Origin: Craspedostauros australis
Taxonomy: Eukaryota
Reading direction: 5' to 3'
DNA length: 20,137 nucleotides
NCBI GenBank assembly: GCA_030167865.1
Contig: JALAGF010002968.1
Location: 62,001 to 82,137 of the forward strand
Shown here: positions 10,806 to 20,137 of the stretch, one piece after another
Numbering within the stretch: position 1 is the stretch's first letter
Layout of the letters: each line of letters starts with the position of its first letter
Position numbers and translations under genes: made by a program
Notes under the pieces: generated by a model
What the model was told of the DNA's origin: nothing
Database searches by the model: none
The model's input: only the letters and a program-made list of their open reading frames with translations

Positions 10806-11614
10806 CGCAATTGCTCCTTGAGGTTTCTTCTTGCTTGTTCGTGGTGCCGTGAGCAGCCGATCTCGATGCGCGGGTACGTCCGAGTATGGTCGTCTTCTGG
10901 GGAGTATCTTTCCTGCGGCAACGCCCAACAGCAATCTATGATGTGCACGAGCGCTCTTGAGTAGAATATGATATAATGTAGTAGTATGGCTGGAGCGCAA
11001 GCAGAGTCGAGTCGATTGCGGCAAAGTGAAGCAGCAGTGGTGGAATACCAGCGCGGATTCCTTCTCTTCCGTTTTTGGCCTTCGTTTTTGCGCTTGTGGA
11101 CTCTCGGAGATCTTTGGGGGAACTGGCCGCTCTTGCGTTTGTTGTGGGCGTTGCTCTTACAGTTGTAGCTCTGTCGTCGGCACTTCCTTCGTGGGTTGGC
11201 ACTCTCGTTCGTGGCCGAACGTTTCGCAGCTGCTGTTTGGGATGTGGATGCGCCTCCTCCCTGCCAGCGTGCTTCGGGAACGCGTTGGTGGGTGGAATCT
11301 TGTCGTGTTCCTCCCTCTTGTGTTCTCGCTGGTTCTTCTGTGGTGGGAGTTTGTGCACAAAACACAAAGTGGAGCAGTCGCGATTCGCCCCGTACACACG
11401 ACTCATTTTCATACGGGACCAGCGAATCACGGTTGTCTGTGTCTGTCAGGCGTACGGCGTTCCTCTTTCCAAACAATCGGCCAGCGATGGTGGGAGGTGG
11501 CTGTGCGGTAGAGATTTCTTGGCTGCGATCCGCATGAGCCGCGCGCTTCCTCCGTCTTCGCCTCTGCAGCTCTTTGCTTCATCCACCAAGAGAGAAGCTC
11601 CAGATCTATCACCG

Positions 11615-11650
11615 CCGCCATCAACACCGCCGTCAACACCGCCATCAACA
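11615..11650. repeat. (CCGCCRTCAACA)3 12-mer tandem repeat upstream of the OLA1 start
   Basis: Three units with one A/G difference, ending 78 nt before the ATG at 11729. Confidence 0.9.
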
Positions 11651-11728
11651 CCAGCATCATCGTCAGCATCAGAATCAGCATTGCAGCAATCAAATCGAAC
11701 GTGAAAGCCACGAAGCAAGAGATCCAAG

Positions 11729-13874
11729 ATGCCGCCAAAGAAGAAGCCAACCCCAAGCGCCGATGACCTCGGTGTCATGAAAGCCGCGCGATTCGGCCGC
11801 GTGAAGAACACCCTCACCATGGGCTTTGTCGGACTTCCAAACGTCGGCAAATCGTCGCTCACCAATCTTCTCGCCGGTGCCAACCACGCTGAGGCTGCCA
11901 ACTACGTGCGTCCTCGTTACTGTCATGGAGAAACAGTGGATACGTAGCCATTTGTCAGTGTTGGGCGCGCCCCCGTATGCAGTTTGCTTTTGGCAGTGGA
12001 TGTCCATGTTGGAGGTTTCGCAGCAAACTCGCAAGGATGTTTTCTGGATCGGCTGAGCATCCGTACCTCACTGGAAGCTTCCATCTCATCAAACTTCCGC
12101 ACTCACACTCACATTTTCCACTCTTCGCCTATTTTGTATCATATCATACATCATATTGTATATAATCATACTCCCTTCACGTACGCTACCCCATGACTCC
12201 ACATCGCAGCCTTTCTGTACCATCGACCCCAACGTCGTGCAATGCATCGTGCCAGACAAGAACTTCAAGTACCTGTCGAACACCTTCAAATCCCCATCGA
12301 TCGTCCCTGCCGCGCTCAAGGTCACCGATATCGCTGGATTGATCAAGGGTGCCAGCGAGGGAGCCGGACTTGGAAATGCTTTCTTGAGTCACATTGCCGC
12401 TGTCGATGGTATCTTCCATCTCGTGCGTGCCTTTGACAGCGACGAGGTCATTCACGTCGATGATTCTGTGGATCCAATCCGCGATTTGGAGACCATCCAG
12501 GTACGTTCCTTATTGCAGCGCACCAACATTCGTGCATTGCACGATGAATGTGGCAGCATGCTGCGACAGATATGAATCTCATGGCGCCTCAACCAAAGAT
12601 ATCGGAATTCAAAATCAAGCACTTTTCAGCACCATCGAATGCGCGCAACAACTGACACGGTTTTTTGACATGCTACTCGAATTAACTCTCTCTGTATGTC
12701 TGTCTGCGTGTATCTCTGTCGATTTTGCGTCATTCCAGGGCGAGCTTTGCGCAAAGGATTCATCCACTCTGGAGGGTGTCCTGGAACGCGAAAAGGAGCG
12801 CGTCCGAAAAGAGAAGGGCCTCTCTCGCTCTGCGCCAATGCCACCGCTTCCTGAAGCCTTCCGAAGCGCCTTCGAGAAGTGCACCAACCTGGTAGGATCG
12901 AGCACTCCAGTCCAGACCGGTGACTTCAACGCTGCCGAGGTTGAGCTGATCAAGGATTGGGGTCTCATCACCACCAAGCCACAGATCTACGTCGTCAATC
13001 TCTCGCAAAAGAACTTCGTCCGAAAGGGTAGCAAGTGGTTGCCAAAGATCAACGAATGGGTCAAGACTCACGGAGGAGGTCAGATAATCCCAGTGTCCTG
13101 TGAATTTGAGCAGAACCTGGCAGACCTCAAGGATTACCCAGACGAGCAAAAAGGTACGGGCAGCATTTGTGTTTCATTCGAATCATTGTTCAATGTTTCT
13201 GGCTATCGACCAAGGATGATCGATTATGAACAAATCGCCAGATGATCCGAGGTGGCAGAGACCTGCACGATTGCAGATGAATGGATTATTCCGACGGCCT
13301 TCCTGGTCACCTTGCAATTGATTCGCTGTGGATGAGAACAACGCCATTTCCTGTGTTTCAACTCTCATTTGTGCCCACCTTCATTATTCCTCACTCACAA
13401 CTTCCATCTTGGTGTCCCAAATTGGCTTTGTTTGCTCCTGTATTTTCTGCTCCGATTTTTGTTGTCGTGACAGCCTTCCTCCAAGAACGCAAGGAGGATG
13501 CCATCGCAGCTGGCTTGAAGGGCCCGCAGGCCGAGGTAAAGTCCATGATCGCGCGTTTGATCCGATCAGGACGACAGGCCCTTTGTCTGCAGTCCTTCTA
13601 CACCGCTGGACCAAAGGAGGTCAGAGCGTGGACCATCATGAAGGGCACCCTCGCGCCACAGGCAGCCGGCGTCATCCACACAGACTTCGAGCGCGGTTTC
13701 ATCAAGGCTGAGGTTTGCGCATTCGACGACTTCAAGGCGCTGCATCAAGGAGCAGCCAGCATGGCCAAGGTGAAAGAAGCAGGAAAGTACCGTCAGGAAG
13801 GCAAGACGTACGAAATGAAGGAAGGCGACATTGTTGTATTCATGCACAACGTCACAGCGTCCAAGAAGAAGTAG
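11729..13874 (+). CDS. OLA1: Obg-like ATPase 1 (OLA1/YchF family), 4 exons, 427 aa
   Basis: Exons are 11729-11905, 12210-12500, 12739-13153 and 13474-13874 (1284 nt). Introns 11906-12209, 12501-12738 and 13154-13473 are all GT-AG. Motifs: G1 GLPNVGKS, G2 [11 protein letters not shown] restored across intron 1, G3 [16 protein letters not shown]4-like NLSQ, and TGS domain [14 protein letters not shown]...[21 protein letters not shown]...[10 protein letters not shown]...GDIV. Confidence 0.96.
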
Positions 13875-14260
13875 ACTGAAGTATCTCGTACTCTGCACGA
13901 AAAGACAAGTATACACCACTACTAAGTCACTGTATCTAAGCAACAGCATCACTCGCGCTCTCTATCTCTTGTTGCTGCGCTTCGGTATGTATGGTAATCT
14001 GGTTTGAAGCGTTCCTTTGGTAGGCCGTGCCGTATGCATGATACCATACAATGCCACCCCCATCCTCATGACGACGATCAATTCAAGAGTGTCATAGGGT
14101 ACGTACTGGTACTCCACCAGCATTCCATTCTGGCCAATCGTCGCTTGGATCGAAAAACAAGGTGCATTTGAGCATATGGTACTACTTGTTGTATGTACTC
14201 TGCTAATACACGAAGGTGTAATCCCAGCCCAACATGACACGACTGTTCTCTCAGAGCACA

Positions 14261-14731
14261 CTAGTCACCACCACTACCGACAATCCAACGACCCAGACGA
14301 CGGTACCACGCATTGCGATGTTCGCGTTCCTCCCGCCGTCTCGCCAGCACCTCCTCCGGCCGTTCGATCCGTTTCGTGTTGTCGAAGGGCGTCTCCACAA
14401 TCTTAGTGATCTTCTCCATCACATCATCGTGCTCCTTCTGCATCATGGCCTGCCGTTCCGACACGCTTATCCGTCCCTGGAAGGCGTCACGTTCCTTATT
14501 CTTTCCGGCAATACCGTTGGACACCACCCAGACGCCCAGACCACTGAACAGCAGCAGCGGCAGACCAGCCTTGAAGAATCGCAGACTGCCATCGTTCTTC
14601 TTGGATGCGCGGGTCGCAAGGCACCGGTTGATTCCAACAACGGCATGCTGCGCTTGGCTCTGCGGAATCATCCGCATCGTCTTTCCAGCGAATAACGACA
14701 CTGGGATCCTGCTGCCTCGTGACAATAGCAT
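14261..14731 (-). CDS. COX16: Cytochrome c oxidase assembly protein COX16-like (156 aa)
   Basis: The N-terminus is Arg-rich and acid-poor, like a mitochondrial presequence. A single TM segment FFKAGLPLLLFSGLGVWVV resembles the COX16 F..GLP...... motif, followed by a charged helix and the FDNTKRIERPEE motif (cf. COX16 ..N.R.PRP.E). The start could be a downstream Met (MRMIPQ). Confidence 0.75.
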   Translation of the reverse strand: MLLSRGSRIPVSLFAGKTMRMIPQSQAQHAVVGINRCLATRASKKNDGSLRFFKAGLPLLLFSGLGVWVVSNGIAGKNKERDAFQGRISVSERQAMMQKEHDDVMEKITKIVETPFDNTKRIERPEEVLARRREEREHRNAWYRRLGRWIVGSGGD

Positions 14732-14991
14732 CCTGTCCTGTTGCTGCTGTTCTGGAACAATTGTTGATGCGGTTGTGGTTGCTGTTGCTCAAATTCGTCT
14801 TGTCTTGCCAACTGCTTGAATGGATGCTTGGAAGGACGTCGAAAAGATCGTATGTACGGTATGAATCCTTCCAGGACTTGTCCCGCAACGTTTGCAGTAG
14901 TTGGTCCAGTCGCTCACTAGGATCGTACAAGTAGGTTGCAGGTATGTCAACCCAAAGAGGAACCGAGGAGCTTCCAACACCACCATTGTCT

Positions 14992-15049
14992 CCATCGCCA
15001 TCGCCATCGCCATCGCCATCGCCATCGCCATCGCCATCGCCATCGCCAT
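14992..15049. repeat. (CCATCG)9 perfect hexanucleotide microsatellite
   Basis: Nine perfect units at 14992-15045 plus a partial CCAT, in the intergenic region between the divergent COX16 and twin-CX9C genes. Confidence 0.95.
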
Positions 15050-15357
15050 GGCCAGCGCGGTGGATCGCGTCACATTGTTCGATTTCTTTCGTTCGGTTTT
15101 GGTCGGGTTGTTGTGAAGGCCTTTTCAAGTACCTTCGCGCCAACAAACACACAACAACGCCGCAGCTGCATCCAAAACATGGTGGGGCTGTCTGGCCCCT
15201 TCCTCTCTGTGTGCGTGTGGGAACCAAGCCGAGGGAGACGCTGTGCCATCATCGTCCATCGGAACATCTGAACGGCATCGTTGACATCCTCGAGGTACCA
15301 CTGGCGACACCAATAGCATCCGTTGTAGCAACAGAAAATCGATACACTGAAAGCAAC

Positions 15358-15997
15358 ATGCCATTCCCAACAGAACAAGGACCCCTCCTGAAGGCCCATC
15401 TCGCGATGTGCTCGAAGACGGAGGCTGCACTCAACGAATGCCTTGCGGGTTCGGTACGTCGTCTCTGATGTTGGTGATGCCATCAGTTGATGGATGGATG
15501 ATGGGCGAAGGGTGATGCTTCTGCAGGGGTGGATGCTGGCCGCCAATAAATGGATGCGTTCGGTGGATGATGGCACCATCTGCGTATTGTTCACAGCGCT
15601 GTCGATCAACTTTTCTCACAGTTTCTCTGGACGTATCTCCGTACCCGCCGTCGTTGTTGCGGCCATTGTTGCAACCCCACTCTATTGCTGCTTCTTTCAC
15701 TGACTAAATACTTTGATACGCCATTCCGTTCCTCGATAATTGTATCGACAGAAATCTGAAGACGGCAGCTTCCCAGCAGCATGCAACACCGCTGTTGTGG
15801 AGCAAATTGAATGCGTCGCCAAGCGACGTGAGAGCGCCGTCGCCATCGCAACGTCGTTGGTTGGGAAGGACAAGGTGGAGAAGGTCCTACCATACTTTGA
15901 GGAGCACAAGGAGAAGACGTTGGACCTGGTTCGAATCTACAAGGAGAATGCTGGAAAGGGAGGCGACGGCGAGCAATTCTGGCAACCGGCTGTTTGA
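15358..15997 (+). CDS. Small twin-CX9C (CHCH-fold) protein, 2 exons, 113 aa; probable mitochondrial intermembrane-space protein
   Basis: Exons are 15358-15453 and 15752-15997, with intron 15454-15751 (GTACGT...ACAG, phase 0). The spliced product MPFPTEQGPLLKAHLAM-C-SKTEAALNE-C-LAGSKSEDGSFPAA-C-NTAVVEQIE-C-VAKRRE... has two exact CX9C motifs. The ATG context is good (CAACATG). Confidence 0.78.
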
Positions 15998-16041
15998 GAA
16001 TTTAGTAGAGAAATGGATTTTGCAGAAGCAGGCCCCTGTCG

Positions 16042-16061
16042 CTCTCTCTCTCTCTCTCTCT
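16042..16061. repeat. (CT)10 microsatellite
   Basis: Read directly; it lies just downstream of the twin-CX9C stop codon. Confidence 0.9.
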
Positions 16062-16487
16062 TCAGAGAGTCTGATTGTCTCTGGCTCGGCAATCACCAAT
16101 GCCGAGGTCGCACCAGATGCATAACAAGTATTCAGATGATGACAAACGGCAAGAGCAAGGAGGCGGCACTAACAGTAGCTACACACTTCGGCAAATCGAT
16201 ACAATCCAGGAATGAAAACTTGGTTTCATATCGAAGAGCTATGAGATCACATTGCTCGCAGTATGCGCACCATGTAATATCGCAATTGTTCTTCCATGTC
16301 GTCCGCGGTGAGCCTGTTAACGTCGAAGGATGTCGAGCTAGCTTCTCTGCATCCCCGATTGGTTTTGGGACTCCCGTTTCATCTCTCCAACTGGAGACCA
16401 ACCTTGCCATCAACAAGCACAAAGTGCTTGGCCGTCTGGCCATCGATGCGTGTCCGATCGGCGTTGGGCCAGGTTCGGTTTCGCCCA

Positions 16488-16524
16488 TGACGTCACATCA
16501 AATGAAGAAAGCCAAACAACGTCA
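16488..16524. promoter_or_regulatory. Candidate bZIP/CRE-type elements upstream of sufD
   Basis: Perfect palindrome TGACGTCA at 16488-16495 and a second ACGTCA at 16519-16524, about 300 nt before the sufD ATG. This is a motif match only. Confidence 0.3.
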
Positions 16525-16811
16525 CGGCAGAGCCACCCAACACATCAAGCACAACATCACATCGCAGTGAACGGCGATCTTGCCTTGTTGAACACAACAG
16601 ATCACGAACGATCACACTGCTATACTCGTACACTCGTGGGCATTGTACTTTGCATGTTCTTCGCCACAATCTTCATCGCAACCCATCACCATCCTCTTGA
16701 TTCGACAGTTCATCTCATCAGGGTGACATACTGTTGAGATTGCCAACAGAACACAAGCAGAGAAATAGCGACAGAGTCCTCGTCCGGTACGGTGAGATAG
16801 ACACACTAACG

Positions 16812-19400
16812 ATGCAGATTTCATCTTTGGCAGTTCTGGCTACCGTCGGATCCATCGGCTTTGCAGCAGGTTACGTGCCACCAGCCTTCAACCACCGTGG
16901 GCACGCTCAAGCTGTGAGGCAATCAACGAAGCTGGGAGTCAGCGTCGGTTTGGGACCGGAAGATGTCCCTGACGAGGTCGATGCCCCTCTAGTCGAGGGC
17001 GTGGATTACGAAGTGCCGGACCATGAGCTGTACCGAACATCGCGTCGCTCCAGGACGGATGAGGCCAGCGATCAGTGGTTCGACGCTCTGCTCGGCGGAC
17101 CAGAGAGCATCGGTGTCCTCGGATCCGTTGCCGAAGATGTGTACAAGACTTTGCTGACGCCAGTTCCGCTTTACAACGATGTACGTTCCTCGTGTTGATG
17201 CCGATGCCTGCCTACTGTCATCTTTGATCTGCATGTTCGCCGTGAGTGCCATGCGTGCCATGCAGTCACATGATATGTCACGTATGTTGTGATACAGCAT
17301 GCTTTGTGACGAACGGTTTCGGTTCTCTGCGACTCCTTCCTTCATCTCCAATCGACCATCTATCTCACTTCTACTGGACTTGGCAACCGTCCGATGTCGT
17401 GTGTACCACCTCCTTGCTCTGTGTTCTGCTCACAAACTAACCATCCATTCATTCATCCATTCATCCAACCGTCTATCAATCTATCAATCTATTCCCTCCA
17501 ACCAACAGATCGCCAAGCCCTACGATGATCCAGAATGGACACCGTACGTTTCGACAAAGCTCCCATGGACACCGTTGACGCCTGCGTTTGGCTTGGAGCA
17601 GTTCGGACTCCCAATCCCAAGAAGAAACGCGGAGGCCTGGAGACAATTCGATACTGTGGGTTTGACCTCGCAGGACTACTCCCGTGCGGTGGAAGGATCA
17701 GGTAAGTTTACAATGACGTATCATGTGTGCAAGATGCGGAAAGTCTCCAACGAAAGAGATCCGAGCGCTGTACGCGGTTGGATTGAGATGCTCGACATCA
17801 GCTTGTCCGCTCTCGTCCTTCATCTCTCTGCGTATCTCACCTCCCTCACCTGCGTATCCGTATGGTGCACTTTCCAACAACGTAATGCAACACAATGCGA
17901 TACACATCATTGCTCTACTTTGGACTTTGCGGCGAATGTTCAACTTCAGGTTCGGCGATCGAATTCTCCGACGAGGAAGTAAAGGACCTGCAGGAAAAGC
18001 TTGACGCCGCGGGCGCTTGGCTAGACGACGATACTTGCGCCGCGCGTCTTGTGTACATCAACGGACGCTACGCGCCGCAGCTGTCGAAGGCAACAGAGAA
18101 TGCACAGAATATTGCCAAGCTTGAGGATGCTCCGGAGGATGTCGCTGGATACCTTACGCGCTTGACAGATGGCTTCACCGATGAGCTGGCAGCACCTGTG
18201 CCAAGCGGTGAAACCGACTTCCTCACCTCCTTCAAAACCCTCAGTGGACCAGACCACTGCATGGGCAATGCTACAACACAGTTTGCCATCAACACGCAGC
18301 AGGGAACCGCGTGCTTTGCCGCGCTCAATACGTACCGAACGGGCGCTGTCGCTCACATTCATCTGAAGGAAGGTCAGAATCCCGGAAAGCCAATCATGCT
18401 TGTCAACGCCGTCACACCCGATGGTGGAGCTGTGAAGGGTGAAGGCGACAGCGATGACAAAGGAGTGGCTTCGCACCCAAGATGCGTGGTCGTGGCCGAT
18501 GAGCGCAGCAACCTTTCCTTCGTTCAGTCCAGCGTCGACCTGGACACAGGTGCGGCAGTGCAGCCAAAGCTGTACAACGGATACACCCAGGTTTTTGTGA
18601 AGGAAGATGCCAACGTCACCCACTCGTACATCGATGAATCAGGAGGCATGCCCACCCCAGGCGTCGAGCTGAAGGAGAAGGACCTCGAGGAAGGTGCGCC
18701 TTTGCCGCGCACCGTGGAAGCCAACAGGCCTGAGCTGAAGGATTCGCATCTCGAGGCCGTTGATGTGCACTTGGTCGGAGAGCGTGCATTGTACGACGGT
18801 GTTATCATGAGCATCGGAGGCAGCGGTCGAGTCCGGATTTCTCACTACGTGAGCTTGCTTAAGCCCGAGGCGACTGCCAAGGTGAATGGCTTCTCGTTGT
18901 CTGGCGGAGCCCAGGTGACCGAATGCAAGACCAACATCCACCACATCGCGCAGGCAACCAACAGCGAGCAATTGCAAAAGAACATGGTCGGAGGACGCGC
19001 CACCGGTTCCTTCCGTGGACGCATCCGCGTCGAGCAGAGTGCACAGCAGACCGACTCTCAGCAGCTGTCAAGGAGCGTGCTCCTGAACGATGTTTGCAAG
19101 ACCTGGACCGTCCCATCGCTGGAGATCATCGCCGATGACGTGGTGTGCACTCACGGTGCCACCGTCTCCGATCTGTCCGAAGAGGAGCTGTTCTACCTCC
19201 GCTCCCGTGGTCTCGACCAATCGGCTGCCAGAAACATGCTGATGTACGCGTTTGCGGGCGAAGCCTGCGCTGAAATTGACAAGACCATCCTCGGTGAAAC
19301 TGGCAGCAAGAAGGGACTCCAGGCCCGCCTCCTTCGCAGACTCGACAATGTGGTGCCAGAAGGTGACAGAGCCCTGCAGGGAGAGTTCCAGAGCGTGTAG
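16812..19400 (+). CDS. sufD: Plastid-targeted Fe-S cluster assembly protein SufD, 3 exons, 670 aa
   Basis: Exons are 16812-17180, 17509-17701 and 17950-19400 (2013 nt). Introns are 17181-17508 (GTACGT...ACAG) and 17702-17949 (GTAAGT...TCAG). Motifs: PRRNAEAWRQF, FAALN, HPR, FRGRIRVEQSAQQTDSQQLSR, PSLEIIADDVVCTHGATV and LFYLRSRGL. The N-terminus MQISSLAVLATVGSIGFAAG-YVPP is a signal peptide plus an ASAFAP-like cleavage motif with aromatic +1 residue. Confidence 0.94.
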
Positions 19401-20137
19401 AGTCGGAGTACCAAACATAATCGAAGGAGTAGTTAACTATTCGTATAATAATAGTTATTGGAGCAAATGTATTCGAGCAAAATGGAGGAACTTCAAACGA
19501 TTCTGTCGCAGAGGACTCCATCACATGTTGATCATCATGGCATGTGGCGATCCCTCCACATACTCCAGTGGGTAGAGTGCAGTGATCTGCGTCCTTACTA
19601 AATCTTCCCTGGGTCATACCACACCTCTCTCTCTCTATATATGACCCGCCTGAGCGAAAATAGTACACCTTTCTCGGGAAGTCCTCTCAGATTTCCCTAT
19701 AAATTTAATATGATGTTCCTCTATATGAGAAAGTGACGGATTGACTTTCCTAGAATTGCTACACTTTATATTTTATAAGTTATGAGGGCTTGAGTTGAGA
19801 AATTCCCCACAGTAGCCCGTGCTTTAGGTTTTTAGCTTTCGATCGGACATGGATGCGACTCGTCATTGTCTTCAAGTTGGACGTCGGCGAGCGGCGAAAA
19901 TGTCCTTTTTTCCTCTCTGAGACGGACTCACAGCAAGGCACTCGAAGCTGAACTCAGACGTGTCTACAGTCGTGCGAACGGATCAACATTTCGGCTGTTT
20001 TTGGCCCCAATTGATTGCACGCAGTTTCTCGCAGTGGACTTGGAACAGGTGTGGAGGAGAAAAACTGCATCAGAATGCGATGGTACGTACGTGCACTGCG
20101 CTGTACGTACGACATTAGGATGGGATGAAGGTGCAGA

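Noticed and set aside
14496..15468. ORFs with (GD)n, (SP)n, (HR)n, (MA)n or (IA)n tracts
   Set aside because: All are translations of the same (CCATCG)9 microsatellite in different frames. Only the 3' end of 14944-15468 (from ATG 15358) is supported as an exon.
5434..17949. Introner (transposon-derived intron) family suggested by similar intron sizes (two of exactly 248 nt)
   Set aside because: I saw no shared internal sequence, terminal inverted repeats or target-site duplications among the introns beyond the donor consensus.
11729..19400. OLA1-COX16-CX9C-SufD as an operon-like metal-cofactor cluster or bacterial HGT island
   Set aside because: The genes have mixed orientations, spliceosomal introns and different target compartments (cytosol, mitochondrion, plastid). 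Only the COX16/CX9C divergent pair is kept as a testable lead.
19401..20137. 3' end of the window: AT-rich tract, (CT)n(AT)n, and ATGCGATG-GTACGT near 20072-20087 resembling a tiny first exon plus donor
   Set aside because: There is no supporting ORF within the window, and it cannot be evaluated without downstream sequence.

Overview
This is eukaryotic nuclear DNA, most likely from a diatom. The evidence is GT-AG introns, a nucleus-encoded SufD with a bipartite signal/plastid-transit presequence, and a stramenopile-style AP2 protein. I reconstructed seven protein-coding genes by hand-splicing the ORF track: (1) an uncharacterised 'VxF...WYS...RGLE' protein (+, 1561-2232); (2) a 3-exon, 1070-aa AP2-domain transcription factor (+, 4372-8261); (3) a GH5 exo-1,3-beta-glucanase-like enzyme with a C-terminal membrane anchor (-, 8829-10805, N-terminus unresolved); (4) a 4-exon Obg-like ATPase OLA1/YchF (+, 11729-13874); (5) COX16 (-, 14261-14731); (6) a 2-exon twin-CX9C small protein visible only after splicing (+, 15358-15997); and (7) a 3-exon plastid SufD (+, 16812-19400). 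I saw no rRNA, tRNA, CRISPR array or transposon, and nothing that amounts to a clearly new multi-gene system. The best leads are the twin-CX9C gene head-to-head with COX16, a 1.4-kb strand-specific ATG-free leader before the AP2 gene, the missing signal peptide of the GH5, and a PP1-docking-like motif string in gene 1. Gene models come from splice-site and reading-frame logic only, with no transcript or database evidence.
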